Positions 1 to 13,766 of a stretch of 64,000 nt of DNA are shown here, piece by piece. The translations under genes and the position numbers were made by a program. Source of the DNA: Eledone cirrhosa (lineage: Eukaryota); NCBI GenBank assembly GCA_964016885.1, contig OZ024743.1, positions 86,428,001 to 86,492,000 of the forward strand, given 5' to 3'. Numbering within the stretch: position 1 is the first letter of the stretch; each line of letters begins with the position of its first letter. The notes below the pieces were generated by a model. It was given only the letters and a program-made list of their open reading frames with translations, was not told the origin of the DNA and made no database searches.

Positions 1-231
1 ACGGGCATAATGTAGGGCATAAAGAGTCAACGTGGAAGAAAAAATAATGTTATTTACAGGCATAGTTCTTGAAGTTAAGCAGATCAAAATGTGTTAATAT
101 AGCAAGAGTGCTTAGTTGATCCATAATTCCATGATGGAGGCAAATGGTGGACTGAGGTTTGATATGATTTCCCTCTTTAGAGAGTTAATATGCAGGGGGA
201 AGCAATTCTTGCTGGATGATATTTAATTTAT

Positions 232-810
232 TTAAGAAAAAGGATTAGGTAGGGTGTGAGGGAGGTAACTCTTGTAAATGTTTGATTGTTTGTTACAGTT
301 GTAGATTGGTCCGATTTTTAGAGCATTAAGTAGAGGTTGGAATTTGTTAATGAAATATGTTTCCTTATTGGTACGTTGGATGAAAGTAGCGTTGTCTATG
401 AATTTGTAAATGGGGAACATTTTTAAGTTTGGATGTTGGTTGTGAGCACAATTGGCGATATGTTCACTTTCTGTATTCCTGTATTTTAATTTGTGATTTA
501 TGGACGGTCATACGTTGACGGAGGGTGTTTTTTGTCTGTCCTATGTAGTGCTCTTGACAACCTGAGCAGGTCAAAACATAGATTAGGTTTTCAGATACAC
601 ATGTAAAGTTGTGTTTAACTGTGAAACGCTGTCCTTGTTTAAAATGGAATGTTGAACCTTCTATTATATTTATGCATATGCCACAGTTGGGCCTTCCGCA
701 TTTTGTTACTGTAGGGTTCACTCTGAGGGTTTGTTGGATTTTGGCTTGTGTGAGGATGTTTTTATGGATTTAGGTTGTCTTTTGCTCTTTATGATGTTGT
801 GTGTTTGGAG
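232..810 (-). mobile_element. Penelope-like element (Neptune-type) 3' fragment, GIY-YIG endonuclease
   Basis: ORF 464-721 CGRPNCGIC...CVSENLIYVLTCSGCQEHYIGQT..LRQRMTVH; ORF 232-420 continues with KETYFINKFQPLLN; 5' end abuts (TA)n. Confidence 0.85.
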
Positions 811-811
811 G

Positions 812-870
<59 letters not shown>

Positions 871-1321
871 ATACACACGCGCGCGCTCTCTCTCATACAC
901 ACATCACGAAATAAAAAAGAAATGATTCATACACATATTTTCCAAAAATAACCCCTCTCAAAATTCTTGATTGAACGCTATCACTAATACTATACTCTGC
1001 TTTTTTAATTACCCACCACAAAAAAAAAACATGTGACAAACAAACTAAAACGCACACACACACCACGTGACAAAAGCAAACAAAAGAGCTTTGACAATAT
1101 ATAAACAACTATCCGGTTATCAAACCAACCAAACGAAAATGTATGATAAATTGGAGTGAAAACCAACAGGTGCATGTGTTTTTATTGGTAACATGACCCT
1201 CCCAAAGTATAACAATATCTGTTTCAACACACGTTTTCAGATAAGAAATCTCGTAAAACAAATTCAATAACGAAATACACATACACACACGCACATAAAC
1301 ACGTGCGCGCGCGCACATACA

Positions 1322-1425
<104 letters not shown>

Positions 1426-1989
1426 AATATATATATTAGTTTTTCTTTCTTTCCCCACCTTTTCCCTTTTTCTTTTTTAAATGTATACAACTGAATATGA
1501 AGTTTTAAATCAATAAAACTCACATGAAGTTTCTGAAGATATCTATAAATGGCACAACTGGTAAATTATCCAGTCTTGACATTAATTCTAAATACCACCT
1601 CTTTTACAGCTCCGATATGAGAACTCTTGTAGCTGTTGCTTGCGATATTTTAAACTGTTCAAATACTTATGAATAAGATTTGATTTCCATGTAACATCTT
1701 AAGTTTGGTTTTATTACAATTGATCTTGATAAAACCAAACTTATTGAAATTTTTAACCTTAAAAAAAAACGTATCTTCCTTCTTATCAGAAAAAAAAACG
1801 TTATCTTCCTTCATATATCTGGCAACATGTTGAACTAAATTGATTACAAGATTGGCAATATAATTCATAAGTTCATCGTCATCGTCGTCGTCATCGTAAT
1901 CACCACGATCACCATAACCACCACCACCATCCAAGTTTTCTACACTTGGATACCATTTCTATCATCAATCACATTGGCGTGTGTACTGT

Positions 1990-2186
1990 GTAATAGGAAA
2001 AAGTATGATCCCGACGGCAGAGCTCAAGCCGTTTCGACAGCTATTTCTGGGTTCAGAAATAGCCGTCGAAACGGCTTAAGCTCTGCCGTCGGGGCCATAC
2101 TTTTTCCTATTACCCACTCTACTACCCTAAGTATTGAGTACTCTGGTGCGTTATGGTCTATCTGGTTCCTTACCACAATTCCTTCG

Positions 2187-2188
<2 letters not shown>
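1990..2188 (+). repeat. Fold-back element containing the 3' half of a hammerhead ribozyme
   Basis: Near-perfect palindrome 1990-2113 centred ~2051; GAAACGGC-loop-GCCGTC; tail ends in (TA)n; related copies at 2350-2420, 15673-15830, 26383-26574. Confidence 0.75.
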
Positions 2189-2266
<78 letters not shown>

Positions 2267-2434
2267 ATATATATGTGTGTGTTTGTGTGTGTGTGTATAC
2301 ACACGCGCGCGCGCTCTTTCTCATACACACATCATGAAATAAAAAAGAAACGGCTATTTCTGAACCCAGAAATAGCCGTCGAAACGGCTTGAGCTCTGCC
2401 GTCGCGGTCATAATTTTTCCTTTATATATATATG

Positions 2435-2538
<104 letters not shown>

Positions 2539-2589
2539 AATATATATGCAAATGTATCGATCTGTCTGCATATGTGTATGTGCTTAGTC

Positions 2590-4450
2590 AATAGGTCCTT
2601 ATGTATAATCTAATGGGGGTGATTACATATTTAATTTTGGTTTAAATCTGTTAATAAATAGTTTTTCTTTATTTATTCTTTTCTTTATTTATTCTTTGCT
2701 ATGTGAAAGAATCTGACCACTTAGAAATCGGGGAAGATTTTAAAGTTGCGTAGGGTCATTCGTGCACAATCTGCAATGCGGCTACTTAAGGGGATTTTTC
2801 TTGTGTTTACGTCTCGGATTTGACGATGGATGGTCATTCTTTTGCGTAATGACACATCCGTCTGTCCTATGTAGTTATGTCGACACCCACCGCATGTGAT
2901 TATGTAGATCAGGTTCTTTGAGTTGCAAATGAAGTTGTTTTTCACTGTAAAAGTTTGGCCATCTTTAAATGTGAATGTTTGCCCTTCAATTAAGTATAGG
3001 CATGTGCCACAGTCTGTTCTTCCGCATTTTGTTACCATAGGGTTGGAGATTGGTTTGTGTATATTTGTTCCAGTGAGAATGTGTTTTAGTGATTTGGGTT
3101 GCTTTTAATGATCTTGTATGTTTCTAGGATGTTTTTCATTTTTTTCATCTTTAAATAGAATGGGGAAGTTTTTGTGTAGGTGCTCGAACATTTCGGTGTT
3201 TCTGGGGTTTAAGAGGGATACATGAAGTAAGGTATTGTTTGTGGTTCTGTATTTTTGGGTTGTTGGGTTGATGAAAATTTACGTGTTTTGCTCTGTCTAT
3301 TCCGTTATTAATTATGTCAAGTGGGAAGGCTCTTAAGGTAAGTGTGTTTTTAGTTCATTTAGTCTTTGTTTCCGTTTAGCTGGGTCTGATACTATGGTGC
3401 ATATACGTTTGGCTAAGTTAAAAGGAATGTTAAGTTTTGTATGTTTTAGGTGACTTGATGTGAAGAGGAAGTACTGTTTGGAGTCCGTGGGTTTATAAAA
3501 GATGTCTGTTTCTATTTTCCCACCTGTTTTTAAAACAAGGATATCCAAGAAGGCTAATTCCTTGGAGTTGGATTCCATTGTGAATTGTATGGTGTTGTTT
3601 ACGTTGTTTATCATATTTTTTTAATAATGGGTGTGTTCATGTCTTCCTGCCATTGTATAAAGCAATCATTTAGGTATCTCGTCCAATTGTTTTGAGATGT
3701 GTAAGGAAAGAGTCTCCGAATAATAGAAGGGATTGGTTGTAGATTTGTTGTTCGTGGAATCCCATGACTAAGTTGGCGTTGTGGGAGATACCTTCGAGCC
3801 CATTACAGTACCTGAGATTTGTCGGTATGTTGAACCATTGAAAGTAAAGAAATTATTCTGTAAGATAAATCGGAGTCCGTCAATAATAAAGATTTTGTTG
3901 ATGCCTGTTGGTATTTCAGATTGGTGTGTGACTAGTCAGTACTGGATTTCCGTTGTTCCATAGTTGTGGGGTATGCTTGTGTAAAGGTTTACTACGTCAA
4001 AGACGACGAGAATTGTGTCTTCACTTACTGTTTTAGGTAGGTGGTTCAGCATATCAAGGTCATGCCGTAATTGTTTTAGGAAGGGCTTTAGTAGGATGTC
4101 CAGGAAGTTGCTAAGTCTGTGGGTTTCACATGCAGGACTTGCTATAATTGGTCTGAGTTTTAAGTCTTCTGGTGGTGTTAATTGTATGTATTTGTTAGTC
4201 GAAGTGTCACATGCATCCTTTATGAGTCTACATTTGTGGATCTTCGGAAAGCCGTAAAAAGTACTTATTTTGTATTTGAAATAGCTTATGTATTCAAATG
4301 CTTTTGTGGTTAGGCGATTGCGATATTTTTGTAGTAATACTAGGAGATTCCCCATTGTTTTAGTTTGTTTGTAGTTTTCTGTTTTGTCGTAGTATTTGTT
4401 GTCGTCTAAGATTTTAAGTGCCAAGTCCCTATAATAGTCAATATTTCTTA
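2590..4450 (-). mobile_element. Penelope-like element (Neptune-type), decayed RT + GIY-YIG
   Basis: FYGFPKIHK, LRPIIAS, FDVVNLYTSIPH, LAFLDILV, IFYKPTDSKQY, CNSKNLIYIITCGGCRHNYIGQT in broken ORFs 2721-4424. Confidence 0.9.
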
Positions 4451-4687
4451 TGCAATCCTATTCTTTTGACAATCCCATTTACCGCTCTCCCCTATAGCTT
4501 ACATTTACCTCTCTCCCCTCTAGCTTACATTTCCCCTCTTCGCCACTCCCATCTGAACTCTTGACCAGTCCTTTAACACAATTGAGATACACACACATAT
4601 TTACAGAAAAATTTCCTCTCCCTAAAAATAATTTTGTTCTGTGAAGACATAACCACCACCACCACCACCACCACCACCACCACCACC

Positions 4688-4720
<33 letters not shown>

Positions 4721-5124
4721 TCTACTACTACTACTACTACTACTTTGCTGCTGCTGCTGCTACTCTCTCTATATAAGGTTCCATTTTAGATCCAGTCTTC
4801 TCAACAAGAAAGATGAACACTTAATTTTACATTTTTAATTATTAATTCTTTTTAATTCTTTTTAATTGTAATATTCAACATTTGATAAATTGGATTACAC
4901 TGATACATCGAAACCGATTATATTTTATATAGTTTATATACATTATAAAACTCCTTATTTATTTTTTTAAAATTGTTCCTCTCATTTTTTCAATAATGTC
5001 ACTTTGACGAAACAAAGAAGAAAAAACAGATACTTTAAATATATTTTTCGTGCTATTTCCAATTCCACTTTTTCTCTATAACCTCTGTTTTGTATAGAAC
5101 CTTACTCCCTTTTCAAATATACAT

Positions 5125-7560
5125 ACATCATTATCATCATCATCATTTTACGTCCGCTTTTCCCTGCTTGCAAGGGTGGGACGGGTCCTATTTAGCACAG
5201 CATCTCCCCACTTGTCACGGTCCTTCGTCATCTCCTCCGTGAGCTTCAGCGATCTGAGGTCTGCTCTCACCACCTCCGCCCATGTTTTTCGTGGTCTTCC
5301 TCCACTGCGTCTTCCTTCTACTGGGATTTCTTGGCACTTCTTTACCCAGAGGTCATCCTCCATGCGCATCACATGTCCATACCATCGCAGTCTTCTCTCC
5401 CGCACACTACAACTTATCCCTCTTATACATAGTTTCTCTCTCAACTCATCTGTGCTTGGTCGTTCACGCACATTGACATTGCACATCCAACGGAGCATGC
5501 TTGCTTCATTTCTCTCCAGCCGTCGCATATCCTCTGCAGTTGCTGCCCATGTCTGACCACCATGCAGCATTGCGCATCTCACACAGGCATCATATAACCG
5601 GCCTTTCGTATGCAGGGAGAAACCCTTCTTTGTCAACAGAGGAAGCAGCTCCCTAAACTTCTTCCAACCCGTCCTTATTCTAGATACTATGGCCTCGGAA
5701 CATGCCCCCCCCCTCTCCCATGCTAATCTGATCACCTAGGTACCGGAAGCTATTAACGACTTCTATAGAACCCGCCTGCATTTAAAAAATGTGTCTATCA
5801 CTGCGACTTCTACTGTCAAATTCCCCTGTACATCTACTGCATACGTAGTTTTCAATTTATGAGAATATTGTTGCACCAGTCTTTGGGTATGACGCCGCCA
5901 TATATAGCTTGATTGATGATGCGTGCAACCAGTTTAGTGCCTACTTCTCCTGATGCCTTCAGCATCTCAGCAACTATCCCCGACGGTCCAGCGGCCTTAC
6001 CTCTTGGATCCTATATTCACCAATCTCAATAGCTGATCCCACTGTCGGGTCTACTGAGGGTAATTTCTCTCTCTCCCATTTGTTCTCCACATTCATCAGT
6101 CTCTCATAATGACATTTCCAGGCCTCCTTTTTCTGATCATTCGAGACACTAAGTACACCAGCATTATTCTGGACACACTTATCTCCAACAACATCCTGAT
6201 TTAGACTGACACACTGCCTTGCAATGCGGAACACCACATGTCTCTGATCTTCCCGTCGCAGAACATTGGCAAACCTCCTACTCTCAGCCTCCCTGCGTGC
6301 TGAGTACACCTGACGTCTAGCTTCTCTCTTAGCGGATGTGTATCGGTCTCTACTCCCACCATTTTTCCAAGCGTTCCATGCTAGTCTTTTGTCTCTAATA
6401 GCCCTATCTACCGCGCTGTTCCACCACCAGGTCACTCTCTGTCTGGTCGGAGCTCTGCTCCAGCCGCAAGTTTCTACAGTAGCCTGCAGTAAGTTGTCAC
6501 GTAAGAAATTCCAGTTATCATCTATATCATACGATTCTAAATCGCCTTATTTTCCGTCATACACATCTTGAAGGGCTTTCCTAAATTTATATTTTAGTGA
6601 AAGGTCTTTTAGCTTCCAGACCTTCCTTTTCCACACCTACCTGTATGTCTCATTTTGTCTCTTGCAAGTTAGTGTTGCAATTGGTTAGTGCACTTGCATC
6701 ACAAAATTCAAGAAGCCTCACTCCTTCATTTCTTGAGCAATAACCGTGCCCACCATGTACCCCAGTGTATCCATCCTGGAGCTGTACAACATGACTATTG
6801 AAGTCTCCGTCTTCTGTCATTGTGGTTGTTTCTAAAAGTTGCCCGTAAACGCAGTCTTTGTCTTCTTTACCTAGGCCTGCCTGGGGAGCATAGGTAGAGA
6901 TGATTGTCAACAGTCTCTTGCTTACAACTAATCTAAGCTTAATTATTCTATTACTAACTCTAACTACCTATTGTCTTATCGATCCATCTCTCAGCCAGTA
7001 AAATTCCTACCCCACCTAACCCATCATCATTACCTACCCAGAAAAGCTTATAACTAATATGTTTGCCTGCGATTAGTCTCGCTGAGGCACCTCTCCATCT
7101 TACCTCTTGCACGCAGCACACATCCACATGCCTTCTCTCTCCACTATCTCACCAGATCTACCTGTTAGAGTTCCAACATTAAGTGAGGCAACTCTGAGAT
7201 GCGACGTCTTCATATTCTTGTTCTTGTTGTGCGATTGCTTGATGACGGTTGCGGGGTTCTCACACATGGCCGCACCAGCCACCCCACTACCGTGCACAGC
7301 CCTAACATGGTTAGTGTTATTGCTGTTTAAGCATTTGTTGTGCTCATAGTTTTTGGCATTAATATATACTGGTTGGATGCCCTTCCTAACATGGACTGGG
7401 TGCTTTTATTCATGCCACCAGCACTAGAGAGGTTGTCTTACTGGACTCAGGGGCCCTCTCCACCACTCCATTTTACAGCATGGACTGGGTGCTTTTATTC
7501 ATGCCACCAGCACTAGGGAAGTTATCTTACTGGACTTAGGGGACTTCTCTACCCCGCACC
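5125..7560 (-). mobile_element. RTE-clade LINE, decayed and internally deleted (APE + RT C-terminus)
   Basis: VASLNVGTLTGR, YAPQAGL, DFNSHV, TWWWN, RRLRWYGHVMRM, GRPRKTW; (ATG)n-type tail; 89-bp tandem duplication in 5' region (7390/7479). Confidence 0.9.
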
Positions 7561-7834
7561 AATTTATTCGGAGTGCTAGCTCTCCTAGACGGGTTGCCTA
7601 CGCTATGGCTTACGGAGCCACCGTCTACCCCATGTCTGCGCTGAGCGGAACTGGGTTTAACGTGCTATGTGCATGAGTGTTTAACGTACAGCGTCAGGCA
7701 TGCATACCAGATGTTGATATATATTGGGTGGATGGGTGGGATGAGAAATGGTGATTTCCTAGCCTCTCTTATCCTAAACACGGTTATTCTATATGAGCGA
7801 TTTTCCGTTTCGAATATACGCACGTTCACAACAC

Positions 7835-7914
<80 letters not shown>

Positions 7915-7919
7915 ATATA

Positions 7920-10740
7920 TATCATCATCATCATCATCGTTTAACGTCCATCTTCCACGCTAGCATGGGTCTGGACGGGAATTGTCCCACTTGAGGCAAG
8001 ATTGGTTGTCTTGCTCAGGACTGTCTGGCGGGTTTTCTATGGCTGGATGCCCTTCCTAACACCAACCACGTTTACAGTGAGGACTGGGAGGTTTTTACCG
8101 TGTAACCTACACGGCCACATTACAGCGTGGACTGTGTGTTTTTTTGTCTTGACACCTACACGACCTTATTTATTTAGGACTGGATGTTGTGGTACCAACA
8201 TAGCTTTACATCGAAAGGGGTGGTGTAGATGGCGATGGGGGTAGGGGTAGTGGGACGGGGGTGTATTTTGGTTAAGAGGTGCCTACTGACTGTAGGTTTC
8301 GCATTGTACTTAGGCAAGGCGGGTCTTCTGTATTACTACGTAGCGCCAAAGATCTCGGTCCAGTGACATTATCTTGGAGAGGTGTAAGTGTGTGAGGTCG
8401 GATTTTATCAAGTCGTCCCAGGTTTTTCTGGGTCTGCCTACTCCGTAGCTACCATCTATTTTGAGATCGCTCTGCACTTTTTTATACAGCTGTCGTCTTT
8501 CATGCGCATCACGTGACCATACCAATGTAGTCTTCTCTCGAGTAAACAGCATCTAAATCCCTCTTATACCTAATTTCTCACTTAGTTCATTTATGCTTTG
8601 CCGTTCGCGTATATTACTATTACACACCCAACGGAGCATCCAAGCTTCGTTCCTCTCCAGTCTGCGTATATCCTCTGCACACAATGCCCATGTCTCACTG
8701 CCATGGAACTTCGCTGTTCGTATGCAGGCATCATACAGCCTGCCTTTCATTTTTAGAGAGAAACCTTTAGCAGCCAATAGTGGTATAAGCTCTCTGAACT
8801 TTTTCCATCCCGTTCTGACTCTAGCTACTGTACTTTCAGAGCACCCTCCACCACTGCTGATTTTGTCACCCAGGTAATGGAAGCTGTCCACTATTTCTAT
8901 AGAACCATCTGTGCAATGGAATGAGCTAGTATTCTGTGGGCACTTGCTGCTACTTATTGCACCTGAGCACCGGCCACATATAAAATCTATATTCTTAGTT
9001 AGCTTACCTGTGATCCCACTACATCTTTTATGCACCCATACTTTGCATTTGGGACATAAAATGGAGTTTCTGCCTACTCCTTTCCTACACACTGAGCATG
9101 GCCATTTCCCAGATGGGACCAGTGCCCTATTTTCCTTCCTACAAACTAGAACTTTAGTCTTAGACAGGTTAATTTTAAGGCCTTTTGATTCTAGGCCATT
9201 CTTCCATGTTTGGAATTTCTTCTCTAATTCAGCCATTGATTCAGCTATGAGCATTAGATCATCTGCATATAGGAGTTCCCATGGGCAGCTGGTCTTGAAC
9301 TCTTCTGTTATAGCCTGAAGGGCAATAATAAATAGGAGGGGGCTAAGGACGGAGCCCTGATGAACACCAACTTTTACGCTAAACTCTTCACTATATTCGT
9401 TGTTAATTCTAACCTTGCTGACTGTTTCTTTATACATGGCTTATATAGCTCTCACAAGCCATTTGTCAACACTTAGTTTTCTGAGAGCCCACCAGATAAT
9501 GGGGCGTGGGGCTCTGTCAAAGGCTTTCTACAAGTCAACAAAAGCTAAGTATAGGGGTTTACTTTTAGCTAGGTACTTCTCCTGTAGTTGTCGTACAATG
9601 AAAAAAATGTCTGTGGTACTTTTACCTGACACAAACCCGAACATTTCACCTAGATCAATTCGCTCTTTGATTAGTTGCGCTATTACTTTTTCTGTGACCT
9701 TCATGACCTGGTCAATTAATTTAATGCCTCTATAGTTTCCCATATCTAGGGCATCTCCTTTACCCTTGTCACAGTTAATGATGCTGCTGCTACGCCAGTC
9801 CTTCGGAACGACCCCATTCTGTATGACTTGGTTTACTATCCGGGTGACCATAGTGTGTTCCAGATGCTTTTAGCATTTCAGCAACTATTTTCGAAGGCTC
9901 AGCCGCCTTGCCTGTCTTCATATCTTTGATCGCCTTACTTATTATACTACCTTCAACTTGCACTGCTGGTCCCTCTCCATTTATTCTCCTCATTTAGTAG
10001 CCTTTTGTAGTGACACTTCCAAGCTACCTTCTTATCAGCGTCAGTGATGGCAAGTACACCACCATCATTAAGGATACACTTCTCCCCGACAATATCACGG
10101 TTTTCCTTGACACATTGCCTAGCAATCCTGAACACCTCACGTTTTTGGTCCTCGCATTGTAGAACATGCTTGAACTTTCTTTCCTCTGCTTCCCTTCTTG
10201 CGAAGTACACTTGTCTCCTAGCTTCCCTCCTGGCCACTTGATAGTCTTCTCTACTTCCCCCATCCCACCATACTTTCCAAGCCTGCTTTTTGACCTTGAT
10301 TGACTTCTCCACCTTACTGTTCCACCACCAAGTTACTCTCCTCCTGCCTATAGGTCTGCTCCAGCCACAGATTTTATCTGTCGCCTTCAGCAGGTTAGCT
10401 TTCAGGAATTCCCACTGTTCCTCTATATTGTACGACTGTAATTGCTCTTCCTTACTGTCAAAAGCATCAAGTAATATGCTTTTAAATTTATTACTGGCTG
10501 TGGGGTCCTTTAGCTTCCATATTTTTCTCCTGAGGATAATCCTTCTCTGTTGTCGAGTACGTCTCGTCCTGACTATGAGGTCGCTAATTATGAGTCTATG
10601 TTGAGAGGTGCATTCTTCATGGGGGAGGGATTTAGTGTTTACAACAGACACTCTGTCACGTCTTCTGGTAAGGATATAATCTTGTCACATCTTCTGATAA
10701 GGATATAATCTATTTAGCTGGTGTGTTCCCCTGATCTATA
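7920..10740 (-). mobile_element. RTE-clade LINE, 5'-truncated
   Basis: GVHQGSVLSPLLF, LYADDL, PHD-like CSVC..C..CKVWVHKRC insert, NYRGIKL, AFVDL, GRPRKTW; ends in (ATG)n. Confidence 0.92.
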
Positions 10741-10759
10741 GGTGATCAAGTGATCACCA

Positions 10760-13609
10760 AATAGGTGCTTATATGGTTCATACTGCTTAGCCTTTGAGCC
10801 TCCCAACACTTGTAATCTATCACCCTTTGTATGTGGCTTTAATGATTACAGGCGTATTAGCCAGAGCTAGGCTTTACATGAATCTACAACACATATCGGA
10901 AATGCTCAGCAATATATCAATGTGGTTAATGATGGCACCTTAGGTAAATTTTTTTACAACATCACTAATTAAAAGAAAAGAAGAAGTATTGAAGCAGAGA
11001 AGTATTGTCATGAGAATTATAGATATCATAAAGATGTTAAGCAAGCAAACACTTCCTTTTCGAGGTCATAAAAATGAATCAGCCTACACTCCGGATAATG
11101 AGGTTCTGAATCATGGCAATTTTTTAGCTACAGTGCAGTTGATGGCTAAATATGACACCATTATAGCAGCTCACGTTTCTGCGGTGTAAAACAAGTCTGG
11201 ACACAGAATCAAACGATTAGAACAACAAGGAAAGGCTCAAAGTAAAGGTTGTGGTGGACTTGTTACATACTTGAGCAAAACAACTATTAATATGTTAATC
11301 CAAGTTATGAAGAATATGATACAAGAAAGAATTGGTCATGAAGTTTCTCAAGCAATATTTTATTCTATTCAGGATACAAGATAATTCATCTATCGATCAG
11401 TTTAGCATTGTTATTCGGTATGTGCTTAAAGGTGTTACCTGTAAGCGACTACTTTCAGTTGTGCCAAGTAATGATTGTGCAGGACAGGGACTTTTTGATC
11501 TATTGACTGTAATGCTACAGCATTTTAAAATTGACCCCCCAAAAATGTTTATCTGATAGCACAGATGGTGCTGCAAGCTACCATGGGCAGTATAGTGGTT
11601 TACAAAGTAAAATCAGTGACGTGGCAGATCAACATGTTCATATATGGTGTAATGCCCATGTCTTGAATTTGGTGATAATGTTTTTGTTTTTTTTTCAATT
11701 TACTCCAGAATTTAGCAACTTTTGTAAAGGCATCATACAAGAGAATGACTGTATGGATAGAAGTTGTTGGCAGACATCTAGGACAAGAAAAAAATGAAAC
11801 AATTAAAGCTAATTGGTGAAACCAGATGGTCAGGAAAATCCAATGCAGCAACAACTATATTTGGACGTTTTGATGATGCCACTGTCAGTACTTTTTAAAG
11901 TCTATTGACATGTTTATCAATGATACAAGATTCAGACAAGTTTGATGCAAAAACAAAATATTTTAAGCAAATATTTTACTTCAAAATTTTCTAAAGTTTG
12001 AAACCATATTGACAGCATTTACTTACTTGTATATATTTGAAACCACAGCCCCATTATCAAGTTATCTACAAATAAGTGGTTTACATATGTTTACTGCATG
12101 GAGATTCAGCTACAACAAAGTTGAAGGCACAGACAAGAACATGTGATAACGTTCACAACAAGACTTTAGAATTTGTAAATAAATGTAATGACAAGATTTC
12201 ACAGAGGAATATGGATGAAAATCAAATATTGGAAATTGATACTTTGGAAACAGCATTGCCAGTTAAAAGACAGAGGAAGAAAAAAAGAATGGCAGATGAG
12301 CTTGTTAATGATGAAGGAAATTACTCAGATTCTTTAGCTGATTTTTTAGTAAATGTGTTTAACCTAATAATGGATCGCATTATCCAGTCAATAGAATCAC
12401 TCTTTGTACAACACAAACAGTTGTATAAAGATTTATCTTGCTTGGACCCAGCAAAGTTTAAAACTATTGCAGAGAAGGGCCTTGAAGTTGCAGCATTAGA
12501 TGGTATTATTAAGTTGTTTCCACAAATCAGCAAAGATCAAGTAAAATTAGAATTGTGTTCTTTTGCTTCAACCTTTAATGTATTAAAGTTATTACTTAAT
12601 GATGGTGAGAATATGGATTCCAGTTGCAACAACTGTAAATTTTGCACCACTTGCTCATCATGTGTACTAAGAATTCTGACATCCAACAGACTTCATGACA
12701 AGGCATATGATAATCTTTATGAACTTTATAAAGTTATCTGCATACTATCAGGTACCCAAGTCCAATGTGAGAGGACATTTTCAAAGCTAAAGATCACAAA
12801 GACAAGGTTAAGAAATTCACTGTCTGAGGAGAACTTGGAATCCTACATGTTGCTATCCATTGAAAAGGAATTCTTAGATGAATTGGATGCAGAAGCAATT
12901 ATTGATAGATTTGCACAATCATCCAGTGAACTCAATCAATTGCTCTGAATATAGTGGACTGCATATAATACACTTTTGAACTATTTGTTAATATGTAAAG
13001 TGTGCAGTGTGAGTAAACTATTTAAAAAAATTTTAAAGATTGGTATGTGTATAATATACTGTTATTTTGAAAAAAATTATAAGGGCCTTATAAAAACAGT
13101 AATGGTAAGAGCAGGGGAAAACGAATAATAGAAGGATGTAACATATTAAAAGTAGAAGAAATCAAAACCATGAAAGAAATCTCCTTTGTAAAGAGCAAAC
13201 AAACAAATGATGTATATGTATGAAGATGTGGTATTGACTGCATTGCCGGGATTTTATAAGAAGCCATAGTTTTCATTAAGAATATTGAAATTGATTTATA
13301 GATTTATAGGAATTTATTTTCAGTTTGGTTAAAACTTTTCAAAATAACAGTATACTACACATTCACAATTATTTAAAAATTCAATTATAATATTCTGTAT
13401 TTACATTTGTTTTTACTACTGCCAGTAATATGTATAGTATATATACACGATAAGTAAAAACAAAAATATACATTTTTTTCCGCAGAAATTTGATTGCACT
13501 TTTTTGTTTCCAGTTATGTATTTTTTTAAAATATTGTTTATTTGTTATAAAAATTAAATGATAGTATTCTATATATGGGTGGACCCCCTTTTTTAGACCC
13601 AGTCTGCCA

Positions 13610-13612
<3 letters not shown>
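10760..13612 (+). mobile_element. hAT DNA transposon (ZMYM1/DUF4371-like transposase), pseudogenised, 3' end intact
   Basis: LPFRGHKNE, GNFLA, DQFSIVIRYV, TDGAASY, HIWCNAHVLNL, ETRWS, CERTFSKLK..LRNSL dimerisation motif; ends ...CCCAGTCTGCCACTG (CAG TIR). Confidence 0.88.
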
Positions 13613-13685
<73 letters not shown>

Positions 13686-13694
13686 ATGTGTGTG

Positions 13695-13759
<65 letters not shown>

Positions 13760-13766
<7 letters not shown>

